NCBI GenBank assembly: GCA_020718205.1
Contig: DYSN01000002.1
Location: 7,172 to 71,171 of the forward strand
Direction: 5' to 3'
From: Draconibacterium orientale
GTDB taxonomy: Bacteria; Bacteroidota; Bacteroidia; Bacteroidales; UBA12170
Length of the DNA stretch: 64,000 bases
The first letter of the stretch is position 1. Each line of letters starts with the position of its first letter. A program made the translations under genes and the position numbers. Under the pieces are notes generated by a model. It did no database searches. It had not been told where the DNA came from and saw only the letters and a program-made list of their open reading frames with translations. Shown in pieces: positions 47,612 to 57,301 of the stretch.

Positions 47612-48840
47612 CTAATGTTAAAATCTGTTACTTCACTGCAAGCCAATGCAATACGGGCATCGTCCATCTTCTGATAATTGAAGAAAAGAGTCAAATTGTG
47701 GTCGAACAGCATTTTTAATGCTATAATTTTAAGTAAAATACTTTCTTTCAGAATCACCTGATCGATGAACGACAGGATGTTTGAAGACATTTCAACGGAT
47801 TGAATGGCTCTTAAAATATTTTGCTTGTTTTCGGACGATTCCGTTGGGAACCTGTTGATTAGATATTCCACATCGGCAGGAGTATGCTGAGAGCTGGTAT
47901 AGGTTTCCCAGGCCACTTCGCGCAGAATATCATCATCAACATCCAATGCCGATTTGATAATTTCTTTTTGCCGGGGATTACTTTTCCCGCGAAGAAGCAT
48001 GGCTCCTGCAACATTCACCCGGCTCGACGGGTCATTTATCAGTTTGTCATAATCAATATTGTCAGCCTTTAAGTTTCTGTCGATAGCGTTGAGCATGGAA
48101 TTGATGGCTAAGGTAGAAAGATGCTTTTTCTGACCAAACAGAAACTCCAGGTTATTGGTTTCCGACAAACGCACCCAAGCCAGCATGGCTTCGTTTCTTA
48201 AGGCAAAATTGCTGCTGCGGGTATATTTCATAATCCGCTTATCGTAGTTGGAAATTCCCATAAACGAAATCACTTTAAGTGCAATAATTCTGTTGGCAGT
48301 GTTGTGAGAGTACAAATAGTATTCAATCACCTTTAAAAGGTCGGTTTGTCGTAATAATTCAAACAATTTTTTTCTGAAATCCTCCGAAAGCAAATATTGC
48401 GATCTGGCAATGGCGTTGAAGAAGACCCCTTTGGCCAAATTCCCCCTGACATTTTTTCTGAAATAACGAATATATTGTTCGTGATTTTCTCCTGTTTCGA
48501 AATAATCGAGATATAAATAGTTGATGAGTTTTTCGGAGAAAATTCTCTGAAGTTTGTATTCTCTTAATTCACTTTTCTCTTTGTGTTTGATATAATAGAT
48601 GCTGCTAATCAGGAAAATAAATCCACTAATAGCCGATAAAATGGTGAAATACATAAGTATATAAATATACACCGGCATAAATTCGAAATAGAAATAAATG
48701 GGGTTAATGTACATCTGACCATAAAAAACCTGATCGGGGATAAAGAACAAATAAGTGAAAATAGCCAGAAACGCAACCAAAATCAGAATCAGGACTATCC
48801 TGAACAAGTATTTGATATTCCCAAATATATATGCTTTCAT
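47608..48840 (-). CDS. Membrane-anchored HEAT/ARM-repeat-like protein
   Basis: Two N-terminal TMs, then helical repeats (NRIIALKVI, LRNEAMLAW, RVNVAGAMLL, LREVAWE). Stop overlaps the GT2 start. Confidence 0.65.
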   Translation of the reverse strand: MKAYIFGNIKYLFRIVLILILVAFLAIFTYLFFIPDQVFYGQMYINPIYFYFEFMPVYIYILMYFTILSAISGFIFLISSIYYIKHKEKSELREYKLQRIFSEKLINYLYLDYFETGENHEQYIRYFRKNVRGNLAKGVFFNAIARSQYLLSEDFRKKLFELLRQTDLLKVIEYYLYSHNTANRIIALKVISFMGISNYDKRIMKYTRSSNFALRNEAMLAWVRLSETNNLEFLFGQKKHLSTLAINSMLNAIDRNLKADNIDYDKLINDPSSRVNVAGAMLLRGKSNPRQKEIIKSALDVDDDILREVAWETYTSSQHTPADVEYLINRFPTESSENKQNILRAIQSVEMSSNILSFIDQVILKESILLKIIALKMLFDHNLTLFFNYQKMDDARIALACSEVTDFNIS

Positions 48841-48925
48841 TTCATCATAATTTTAAAGTGAAAAACACCTGATGTGTAAAACCACATCGGGCAGGATATT
48901 ATTTTATTTGACACAAAGATGCTCA

Positions 48926-50425
48926 TCAGAACCGTAGTTTATAGGTGATTTCCAAGGTATAACGCTGACGGAACAAATCTTTTTGATATTCTTCGTAGGC
49001 AAACCCCAGAGCAAATTTTAAATCATCGGTTTTTGTTATCATCACACTTTTTTCAAATTTGATTCTATAAGCATTCAAATTGAAATAGGTTCCGGCGGGA
49101 TCGAGAAAATAACGGTCGTCGGGCGAATTGCCATAGGCCAGTTCAACTCCCCAATAAACAAAGGGATTATGACCAATGAGGCGGGCCTGTCCAATAAGGC
49201 TGATATAGTTTCCGCTTTGTTCGAACGAAATAAAAGGCCGCAATGCAAACCATTTTTTATCTATCGATTTGGCCAAATGTCCGGTTAAAATAAAAACCCC
49301 CGTATTGGTAAAATAGATATAGCGGGCTCCAATGGATCCTTCGAATTTATTGGGTAAGGGAAAATAGTATTCAATTCCTGCCCTATGTCGGGGGAAAAGG
49401 TCTTTGGTAACTGCAAATCCATAGTTAAAATAGAAGTAGCGCTTGCCAGAAAGTAAATGATAATAATCTGCTTCGATGAGCGCACCGTTCAAATTATATC
49501 TGTTGGCGTAATTTAATCTGAATATCAGTGTATTGCGGTTAATTTTCGTTCCATAATCCACATAGGCCAAATGGTGAGGTGTGGGATCATTGCCCTGAAA
49601 GAAATCGACTGTATAATATCCGCTTACAATATTTTTCTTGCTTTTAATGAGCACATCCTCGTATAAACTATTGATGGCTGCAGAATCCAAAAGCTTTTGA
49701 TTTTTTCCGTTGTCGAACAAGGCTGCAGCACTGTCGTAGCGATCCAGGTTGTTATAAGCATACAATCGTTTCAGGGTGAGATTGTCCTTATTGGTATATT
49801 TATGATCCTCGGCCAAATCGGCTTTACGGATTACTTCTTCATATTCTGCGTTCCACAGCAAAATATTGAGCCACGAATCGTATAGCTCCTGATTTTTAGG
49901 GTCTTTCTTATATGCCTTATTAATATACACTTTGGCGGAGTCAAACTCGGAATTCCAGGCAAAATCGTTGGCAATAAAAACCAACACATCTACCCTGTCC
50001 GGGTGATGACCCAGAACCGTTTTGGCGGTTTCGATTGACTTGTCGTATTTTTTCTCTTTGGCCAAATCTATGGCCACCTGAAATATAGAATCTGTATTGA
50101 CTGTGGTTACCGGAACCTGACGCAAATCCCACATTTTCAACACTTTGTTGACTTGTTGAATGGCTTCCATGTAGTTTTTCTTATCGGATTCTATTTTTGC
50201 CAACGATAAAATGGAGTCGCTGATTCGTTCAAATTCCTTTTGTTGGTATTGGACACTCCACTCATCCAACAGAATATTGAGCGATTTTATGGCATTTTCA
50301 TAATCCCTGTTTTGAGCCTGTTGAAGTGCCAGATTCAAAAGCGAATCGGAAGCGGCCTGTGCCTGAGCCATTTTGGCACCAGCAACTAAAACCACCAACA
50401 AAAGATATAGTATTACTTTTCTCAT
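48926..50425 (-). CDS. TPR + YaiO-family outer-membrane beta-barrel
   Basis: Signal peptide (start MRKVIL at 50425), TPRs, RLNYANRY, EADYY, LFPRHRAG.E, YG.SPDDR, terminal YKLRF. Confidence 0.82.
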   Translation of the reverse strand: MRKVILYLLLVVLVAGAKMAQAQAASDSLLNLALQQAQNRDYENAIKSLNILLDEWSVQYQQKEFERISDSILSLAKIESDKKNYMEAIQQVNKVLKMWDLRQVPVTTVNTDSIFQVAIDLAKEKKYDKSIETAKTVLGHHPDRVDVLVFIANDFAWNSEFDSAKVYINKAYKKDPKNQELYDSWLNILLWNAEYEEVIRKADLAEDHKYTNKDNLTLKRLYAYNNLDRYDSAAALFDNGKNQKLLDSAAINSLYEDVLIKSKKNIVSGYYTVDFFQGNDPTPHHLAYVDYGTKINRNTLIFRLNYANRYNLNGALIEADYYHLLSGKRYFYFNYGFAVTKDLFPRHRAGIEYYFPLPNKFEGSIGARYIYFTNTGVFILTGHLAKSIDKKWFALRPFISFEQSGNYISLIGQARLIGHNPFVYWGVELAYGNSPDDRYFLDPAGTYFNLNAYRIKFEKSVMITKTDDLKFALGFAYEEYQKDLFRQRYTLEITYKLRF

Positions 50426-50829
50426 AGTGCAGAGGTATAATTGTTTTGTGTGAGGGCAACCCAATTGGTGGCAATTTCATAAACAACCAAACGGGGATCG
50501 ATAGGTTTGCTGTAAAAATAGTTTACTCCACGTCGGAAAGATTTGGTTTTCATATCGTGAACATCCTCGCCAAAATACAGAATTGTACAAGTCTCCTGTC
50601 TGTTTTGACGAATGAAGGAAACGGGTTCCAGAATAGCGGCTCCGGCTACAATATCATCAACCAGAAATAAGTCGAATTTGGCGGTTATGACGGTTGATTT
50701 TAATTCGGAAAGCGATTTAAATACCTTAATAACAGCATTTTTCATGTAATGTTTAAACATGATTTCGAATGATGTATAAAAAACCGGATCGTCGGAAACG
50801 ATGCCCACAAATATCACTCTATCTTTCAC
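50422..50829 (-). CDS. Atypical single-domain response regulator receiver
   Basis: SDD, FDLFLVDD, GVNYFYSKP. The conserved Thr/Ser position reads LYFG. Confidence 0.7.
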   Translation of the reverse strand: MKDRVIFVGIVSDDPVFYTSFEIMFKHYMKNAVIKVFKSLSELKSTVITAKFDLFLVDDIVAGAAILEPVSFIRQNRQETCTILYFGEDVHDMKTKSFRRGVNYFYSKPIDPRLVVYEIATNWVALTQNNYTSAL

Positions 50830-52024
50830 GGCGTCCTCCTTTCTTTTCGTAATAATCGTTGATAATGGTAGTGGTTAAGGGTTGGTAATACTCCCAGAAA
50901 AAGCTGAGTCGTTCTTGAGCATGGCTTGTATAAGTGAATGAACTGAGCCATTCTATTTTAGCCATCTGAACACCATTCATCCCAATGGGATTGTCGCAAA
51001 AATCGCCCGCAAAATAAAAGAACGGATAATTTCCTTCGGCTTTAACCACCGCTGGGAAAACCTTTGGAATTCTATTGACCCTCAACAGCGAATCGCCCCG
51101 TTGATTGGTATAAACATGATAACTCGAAATGGCTACATTGGGCGCATAAATAGAATCAATCTCGAACCAGAAAGGATATTTCATTTCCGCCAATATCCCG
51201 TATTTCTTCAAATATTCAGGTTTTTCCACCTTCATCAGGGGTACTTCGTAGCGCAGATCGGTTTCATTTTCGAGAATCACCACTTTATCGTCGCTGCGAA
51301 CAAAGGCAATGCCCGATTTGGTGAAAGGCCAATCGCCATATTGCTGAATATAATTACGCTTAAGCCAAATGGGAAGCTCGTTTTTCTTGTTGGTGTCTAA
51401 AACGCTGAAATACCTGCCCACCCAGGTACTCCATTTAATATTAAAAGTCTCTTCAAATTCACGACGCTCTTTGGTGTGAGTGGGCAAAGCCATGATGTTA
51501 AACTCTGTGATTATCAATTTTTTCTGGTCTTTGATACGCTTTAGAACCCGAAGCTCTTTTTCTGTTAAACGACCATAAATATGTCGCGAACGCTCCGTGG
51601 GGGGAAGAAAATTCCAGTTGGGTGGTGCCACATGCGGATAGGCGTCGTACCATTCGGCCACATACATTCCATACAAATCGGTGTAATACAGCATATCCTG
51701 CGCATCGGCCAGGGAATCTAACTGTTCGTTGGAATAATGATTAAAATCCTTTATCGAGTATCCCCCCAAATCGTCGGGAAATAATCCGAAATAATCGGTT
51801 TGGGGATCGTAGAACTGCTTATTGCTGCGTTTCACATATTTTTCGTGCTTTAAAATCCAATTTAGAGAAACATGCTCCTGCACTTTGGTGTAAAGAACTG
51901 TTTTATCAACGATAAGAATATTGAAGGGCTTAGAATCTTTAAAGTACCAAACCGTCCATGATATCAGGGGCAGCAGGATAACCAGGGCAAGCAATGTGAT
52001 AACAACAATCTGTCTCTTTTTCAT
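50819..52024 (-). CDS. Membrane-anchored exported protein of unknown function, first gene of the putative EPS operon
   Basis: N-terminal anchor, aromatic-rich motifs ILIVDKTV, YYTDLYG, ITEFN, W.GRYF, FYFAGDF. Overlaps the next gene. Confidence 0.7.
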   Translation of the reverse strand: MKKRQIVVITLLALVILLPLISWTVWYFKDSKPFNILIVDKTVLYTKVQEHVSLNWILKHEKYVKRSNKQFYDPQTDYFGLFPDDLGGYSIKDFNHYSNEQLDSLADAQDMLYYTDLYGMYVAEWYDAYPHVAPPNWNFLPPTERSRHIYGRLTEKELRVLKRIKDQKKLIITEFNIMALPTHTKERREFEETFNIKWSTWVGRYFSVLDTNKKNELPIWLKRNYIQQYGDWPFTKSGIAFVRSDDKVVILENETDLRYEVPLMKVEKPEYLKKYGILAEMKYPFWFEIDSIYAPNVAISSYHVYTNQRGDSLLRVNRIPKVFPAVVKAEGNYPFFYFAGDFCDNPIGMNGVQMAKIEWLSSFTYTSHAQERLSFFWEYYQPLTTTIINDYYEKKGGRRER

Positions 52025-52267
52025 TTCAATTTGTTAAAACCCGTTTTCTTAAGATAATGAGTTGATTTCGTTCCCACATAGTCAACAAATATGCCAGAAA
52101 TCTTAACACATTGAATTATAATACTTTAAATGTACATCTAACGATTGCATTATCTCATAATGAGAAAACCATCTAAAATTGGGCAAAATCAAAATACCGG
52201 ACAATATTTTCATTCATTCTATGAATATAAAAAACCCTGTTACGACTACGCCCCAGGACAAAAAAAA

Positions 52268-53926
52268 CTATTCCCGAACTTCTTCGATTTGAGAAATCTT
52301 ACTTTTTATTCTGCTGATTTCGTGTTGATTGGGAACAAATAATCCTAAGGCTGCATGATACATTCTGATGGATTCATCGTATTTTGCTTTTGAATGGTAA
52401 AAGTCACCGAGCCATTCGTAGGTATAAAAATAATTGGGGTTGGAAGCGATAAAAGCTTCCGGGGAAAAATCAGGGTTTTGGCCGTTGCCGGAAATGGTTT
52501 TTTTAAAGTACAGAAAATTAAGATATTGTCCTGCAAGAAATGAAGTATCGGCTGGAATATTTAAAGAATCGATGGCACGCGATGCTCGGGTAAATTCATT
52601 GCTATTGAAGATACTGTCCAGCGAAAAAGCCAGATAAGTTCCAAGCTGAAATGGTGTTGTAGAAATCCAAAGGAGTCGTTGTGTTGGTTTAAAAATGACG
52701 GAATGATGTGCAATTAGCTGATTGATAGCGCCTTCGTTACCCAATCCAATATCCAAATTGTTTTTTCCGCGGGTATCGCGAAGGATTTCTGAAAAATCGG
52801 GAACATCGAAAACCGGTTTCTCGTCCAGCTTCTCCCTCACCCTTTCGTAACGATAGGCGGTAACATTTTCGCTCCTGTTTTCCCGATTCATTTTGGTGTT
52901 GAACAATTCAGCACTTTGAAAATGGTTGGTTAGAATGAGGCTTTGGTTTCCGGGTTGATATAAAATGGTGGTATCTGGGGTTTTTTCTATAATGGCCATT
53001 TCGCCCGTTTCAGTTGACGATACCATAAAACTTTCCGCCACAAACGAGGGCCGCCTGCAAGCTATGTCGTAGGCTTCGTGGATGGTGGAGGCATATTGAA
53101 GCATCTCGCGTGCAATGATAGAAACGGGTGTTTTTGCAAAAAATGGAATTTCGGACTTGGCCGAATTTAATGTTACTGTAAAACCTTGTAGGTTCATACC
53201 GCTAACCACGCCTATCATTCCTCCCCAGGTAACCGAAGCAAAAGGAATGCCCTCCGCAGGATTCACAAACATCAATATTTTATTCTCCGCAAATTCATCG
53301 CCCACATAAAAATCGAAATTTCGCCCTAACAACAGACTGGAATCAGCTGATTTAGATAGCGTTACACCAAATGCTGTACATTCCACCAAATGAAGATTCT
53401 GCATGGCATGACCAATATCGTGGGCGGCATGGTAATTCAGCTGGCGGGTATAATTATTGCCAATAAAATTGAATTCTGGCGATGCATATTTCGAAAGGGC
53501 AAAAATCTCGCGTTTGTATTCGGGCAAAATATAGTCCGGAAGTCGGTGATTCATAAAGGAAATCACATATTTCAGAAATTTAAGGTAATCGTCGGAAGGA
53601 ATCATTTTGCGAATCTGCGACACGAATGCTTCTTCCTGTTTACGGATAAGTTCCTTAGCGAGAATACCATTTTTGGTTCCCAACTCTTCGGGAGTTCCCG
53701 AAATATACATTTCCCACAATCCAAACTCGTTCTTCAATAACCAGCTGTCCTGATAACGAAAACAACTGTCGTTCATTTTTTCATAATCCGCTAAATTGTA
53801 TTCGGGCAAAGAAACCTCGGGGGTAACGCTTCTGATGGCAAAAATAAACCAAATGGCAAATGCCGGCAACAAAGCCAATAATGAAAGGCTTACATATTTA
53901 AGTCCTCTGAGAAACGATTTCATCAT
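52268..53926 (-). CDS. C45-family Ntn hydrolase/acyltransferase with a TPR-like tail
   Basis: YHAAHDIGHA..NL..VEC|T, GRNFDF, GVVSGMN, TNHFQS, INQLIAHH. Confidence 0.85.
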   Translation of the reverse strand: MMKSFLRGLKYVSLSLLALLPAFAIWFIFAIRSVTPEVSLPEYNLADYEKMNDSCFRYQDSWLLKNEFGLWEMYISGTPEELGTKNGILAKELIRKQEEAFVSQIRKMIPSDDYLKFLKYVISFMNHRLPDYILPEYKREIFALSKYASPEFNFIGNNYTRQLNYHAAHDIGHAMQNLHLVECTAFGVTLSKSADSSLLLGRNFDFYVGDEFAENKILMFVNPAEGIPFASVTWGGMIGVVSGMNLQGFTVTLNSAKSEIPFFAKTPVSIIAREMLQYASTIHEAYDIACRRPSFVAESFMVSSTETGEMAIIEKTPDTTILYQPGNQSLILTNHFQSAELFNTKMNRENRSENVTAYRYERVREKLDEKPVFDVPDFSEILRDTRGKNNLDIGLGNEGAINQLIAHHSVIFKPTQRLLWISTTPFQLGTYLAFSLDSIFNSNEFTRASRAIDSLNIPADTSFLAGQYLNFLYFKKTISGNGQNPDFSPEAFIASNPNYFYTYEWLGDFYHSKAKYDESIRMYHAALGLFVPNQHEISRIKSKISQIEEVRE

Positions 53927-55425
53927 ATGCTGTTTCTTATTTTATTCACCAAATAATCGAGCCCCACCAATTCCGCCGAAGTAAGTACCGCACCAATGGT
54001 AACTCCCAGGGCACCATGCATATTGAGATTTTGACCTGTAAAAAACAGGTTTGGAATTTTGGTTTTTGGCAGAATGATACTTTTATAAGGGTTCTGATGA
54101 TCCTTTAAAATACCATAGGCCGTTCCTTCAGGAGTATTGGTATAATGTTCGAAAGATAATGGCGTGGCAGCATACCAGGACTGAATCTGGTTTTTTATTC
54201 CGGGAAATTTCTGGTTTAAAGCTTCAATCAAGGCTTCGGATTTGGCGGTTTTAAAGGCTTCGTAATCGTCGCCTCGCATGGCTTTTTGTGTGCCGGCCCA
54301 TTGTTCAACTTCCTTATAACTCATTTGAGTGAGAACGGTTCCATTTTCTGCAAAAACCTGCTCCTGCGACAGGCATCCTGTATAAAACATGAAATGATTG
54401 GGCCAGGCTTTTTCGGCATCCGGCTGATACCAAACCTCATCTGTTGTATAATGGTAGTAGTTTCTGTTGAGATAGGGAAAGCTTTGGGGTTTAAAGACTA
54501 TAAACAAGCCGAAAAAACTGGTGGTATTGGGCAGATTGAGAATGCGTTTGCGGTAAACAGGTTTTACTCTGGCGTCCACAAGCATTTGGAGCGTTTTGGA
54601 AGGATGGATGTTGGAAATAATGTTTTTGGCATAAAACCGCTCTCCGCTCCCAACCGTAACATAGCTATTTTTAAGATTCTGTGTATTAATTTCAACCACT
54701 TCGCTTCGGTTGAGAAGTATTCCGCCTGCCGTCTCGATTTTTCTGCCAAAGGCATCGGCCAATTGTTGGCTCCCATTCACAAACCGCCATGCGCTCTCAA
54801 TAAACTGTCTGTTCACTAAGGAGTGAACATAGAGTGGCGACATGTTTCTAACTCCCCCATACAGCGAATTGGTTGCCCCAAGTACCGCCGCAAGTTTTGG
54901 ATTTGAAGTTGCAGATTGGATAAACTCAGCTGCACCCCCATTCATATAATCCTGGCCTTTTTCTATGGAATCGTAATTTTGAAGAAAAAGCAGTGGAAAC
55001 TTGTTGCTTACATCCCAGATTTTGCGGGTATAGATCAGAATTTCATTTCGATGGTGGTGAAATTTTGAGCTCAGTTGATTTTCGAAATTCTCTTTGCCCT
55101 GTGCAAAATGATAAACCTGATTGTCGTGCTGAAATGATATTTCTTCGAACGAATTCAAATCGAGCTGCTTGAGTTCCAACTGATCCATAATTCCCAGATA
55201 TTCAAAGTATTGCCACAGAAACCCCTGTTTCTCCAAGGCACCTATATAATTCATTCCGGTATTAAAAACCGACTGTTCGCGTTTAAAGTTGTGAAGCAAC
55301 CCGCCAATTTTCTTACCGCGTTCCAGAATCAGAACCCGAAAACCTTCCTTAGCCAGCAAAGCACCGGACACCAATCCACCCAATCCACTCCCAACAACTA
55401 TGATATCGTATTGATTGTCGCCCAT
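53923..55425 (-). CDS. FAD-dependent oxidoreductase, phytoene desaturase/retinol saturase-like
   Basis: VVGSGLGGL Rossmann motif, ISNIHP, ATPLS..HY...GTAYG, NLFFTGQNLNMHG.LGV. Confidence 0.88.
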   Translation of the reverse strand: MGDNQYDIIVVGSGLGGLVSGALLAKEGFRVLILERGKKIGGLLHNFKREQSVFNTGMNYIGALEKQGFLWQYFEYLGIMDQLELKQLDLNSFEEISFQHDNQVYHFAQGKENFENQLSSKFHHHRNEILIYTRKIWDVSNKFPLLFLQNYDSIEKGQDYMNGGAAEFIQSATSNPKLAAVLGATNSLYGGVRNMSPLYVHSLVNRQFIESAWRFVNGSQQLADAFGRKIETAGGILLNRSEVVEINTQNLKNSYVTVGSGERFYAKNIISNIHPSKTLQMLVDARVKPVYRKRILNLPNTTSFFGLFIVFKPQSFPYLNRNYYHYTTDEVWYQPDAEKAWPNHFMFYTGCLSQEQVFAENGTVLTQMSYKEVEQWAGTQKAMRGDDYEAFKTAKSEALIEALNQKFPGIKNQIQSWYAATPLSFEHYTNTPEGTAYGILKDHQNPYKSIILPKTKIPNLFFTGQNLNMHGALGVTIGAVLTSAELVGLDYLVNKIRNSI

Positions 55426-55815
55426 TTATATTTCCAATAATGCTTTCAAAGCTCCCAGGTAGGCGTTGTTCCAACCATCCACAATATTTTCCCAGGCTTC
55501 GTCGGGAATATTGGTATGCTTCAGTTCGACACTTGTAAAACCTTTTTTAGGCCAGATTTTCATGGTAACAATGCTCGGTGGAGTCTCTGCGGTATCGTCT
55601 TCGAAATACCATTGCTGCACAATTTTTTCGTTGAATACGATTTCGATGTTTTTACCGGTGATATCGCCTCCCCATAGCATAAATTCCGAACCTTCTTCTA
55701 AGCTCATTTCGGCGGGTTCGCCCGACCAAAGTTCAATGGTGAAAGGATTGGTAAGCGCGGTGAAAACATCTTCGGGCTCCGCCTTAATATCGACATATGT
55801 TTTATAGTCTTTCAT
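55426..55815 (-). CDS. SRPBCC/AHSA1-like domain protein
   Basis: PEDVFTALT, LWGGDITG, KIVQQW, L.HTNIP, GW. Start set at MKDYK. Confidence 0.85.
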   Translation of the reverse strand: MKDYKTYVDIKAEPEDVFTALTNPFTIELWSGEPAEMSLEEGSEFMLWGGDITGKNIEIVFNEKIVQQWYFEDDTAETPPSIVTMKIWPKKGFTSVELKHTNIPDEAWENIVDGWNNAYLGALKALLEI

Positions 55816-55917
55816 GGGTGGTTCTTTTATTTGTCGAAAATAGTATTTCTTAACAAACTGAAAAAAATTATTTTTTAATAATCTTGTTAAAGAATTATTC
55901 TTACTTTTACACTCCAA

Positions 55918-57255
55918 ATGATTATACCCATGTCATTCAAAATTAGAATTAACGCAGACTATAATAACCCACAAACATTCCGACTTGGAGTTTTAGCGGG
56001 GGCGATATTATACTCGTCTTTTTCTATTCTTGACTTATACATGACACCGGAAGGCTTTTATTATGCCATTAAAGTGAGATTTTTCTTTGTTTTGCCCAGC
56101 CTTATTTTGCCCATTTTTTTTTCGTTCTTCAGCTGGTTTAAAAAGTTTTATGCTTTAGCAACCCTATACACTCTTATAGCAGCCCAAGCCGGAATATTCG
56201 CTATCATTTTCAATGCAAAACCCTATGAACCTGCCTATTACGACTATTATATTGGTCTAATTTTATTAGTTCTTTTTGGAGCATTTATTTTTAAACTTCA
56301 ATTAAGATATCTGATTGGCTTCACTTTGGCCACCTGGCTGGTTTTCAGCTATCATTTGGTTTATGTTCAAAAACTGCCTTCCTATGGCGAATATACACCC
56401 CAGTTTGCAAAATTTCTAAACAGCCATTATTTTATGTACAGCGTTACAGCGATGGCCATAGTTGGTTCTATTTTGATAGATGGGTATTATTCAATTTTAA
56501 ACAAAGAGAAAAAAAACCTGGAAGATGCTTTGGAGAAGCTGAAAGAAACCGATAAAATGAAATCGAATTTCTTATCAACCATGTCGCACGAAATCAGAAC
56601 TCCGCTGAATGGTATTTTGGGCTTTAGCGACATTTTGCTTAAAAACCCTGAACCCGAAGATATTGAATTGGCCAGCAAAGCCATACAAAGGCAAGGTCAG
56701 TCGCTTTTAACCATTCTCACGGGAATTCTGGACTTTAGCCAGTTACAGAGCAGTAAGGATTTAGGCGAGAAGGAAATGTTTCCGGTTTCCATATTCCTGA
56801 GGCGGGTTTATAATAGCTATGAATTCCAATCTAAGAAATACAATCGTTCCAGGGTTTCATTTGCGGTTCATTATAATCCGGAAATGTATAACCATTTTAT
56901 TTATATTCAGCCCGATAGTTTTGTTTCCATTGTAACCTCAATTCTGGACAACGCAGTTAAATTCAGCAGCGAAGGCAAAATAGAGTTAACCCTTGAACAT
57001 ACCGATGGCAAAGCAATCCTGGTACAAATTAAAGATGAAGGTATTGGTCTTGACGAGAATATCAGCGATAAAGTTTTTCAGCATTTTCAGCAGGTAGAAA
57101 CTGGTCATAACCGTAAATTTGATGGTATAGGAATGGGACTTACCATAGCCCAAAAAATTGTTCAACTCATGGATGGCAAAATCTGGTACAAAAAGAATAA
57201 GGAAGCGGGTACTACCTTCTATATTCTCCTACCCAATTGCTATAAAAAGATATAA
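55918..57255 (+). CDS. Membrane sensor histidine kinase
   Basis: About six TMs, FLSTMSHEIRTPLNG, DNAVKFS, DEGIG, GIGMGL. Confidence 0.92.
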   Translation: MIIPMSFKIRINADYNNPQTFRLGVLAGAILYSSFSILDLYMTPEGFYYAIKVRFFFVLPSLILPIFFSFFSWFKKFYALATLYTLIAAQAGIFAIIFNAKPYEPAYYDYYIGLILLVLFGAFIFKLQLRYLIGFTLATWLVFSYHLVYVQKLPSYGEYTPQFAKFLNSHYFMYSVTAMAIVGSILIDGYYSILNKEKKNLEDALEKLKETDKMKSNFLSTMSHEIRTPLNGILGFSDILLKNPEPEDIELASKAIQRQGQSLLTILTGILDFSQLQSSKDLGEKEMFPVSIFLRRVYNSYEFQSKKYNRSRVSFAVHYNPEMYNHFIYIQPDSFVSIVTSILDNAVKFSSEGKIELTLEHTDGKAILVQIKDEGIGLDENISDKVFQHFQQVETGHNRKFDGIGMGLTIAQKIVQLMDGKIWYKKNKEAGTTFYILLPNCYKKI

Positions 57256-57289
57256 AAAAAAATCCCCCGACTTCACTTGCCGGGGGATT
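57254..57289 (-). terminator. Terminator between convergent genes
   Basis: aatcccccg...cgggggatt stem with an A run on the left (U tail for the minus-strand gene). Confidence 0.75.
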
Positions 57290-57301
57290 CTGTTTGGACT
57301 C

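Noticed and set aside
48868-48891. Hairpin between the yaiO-like and HEAT-like genes
   Set aside because: Mismatched on the coding strand with a weak U tail; not enough to call an attenuator.
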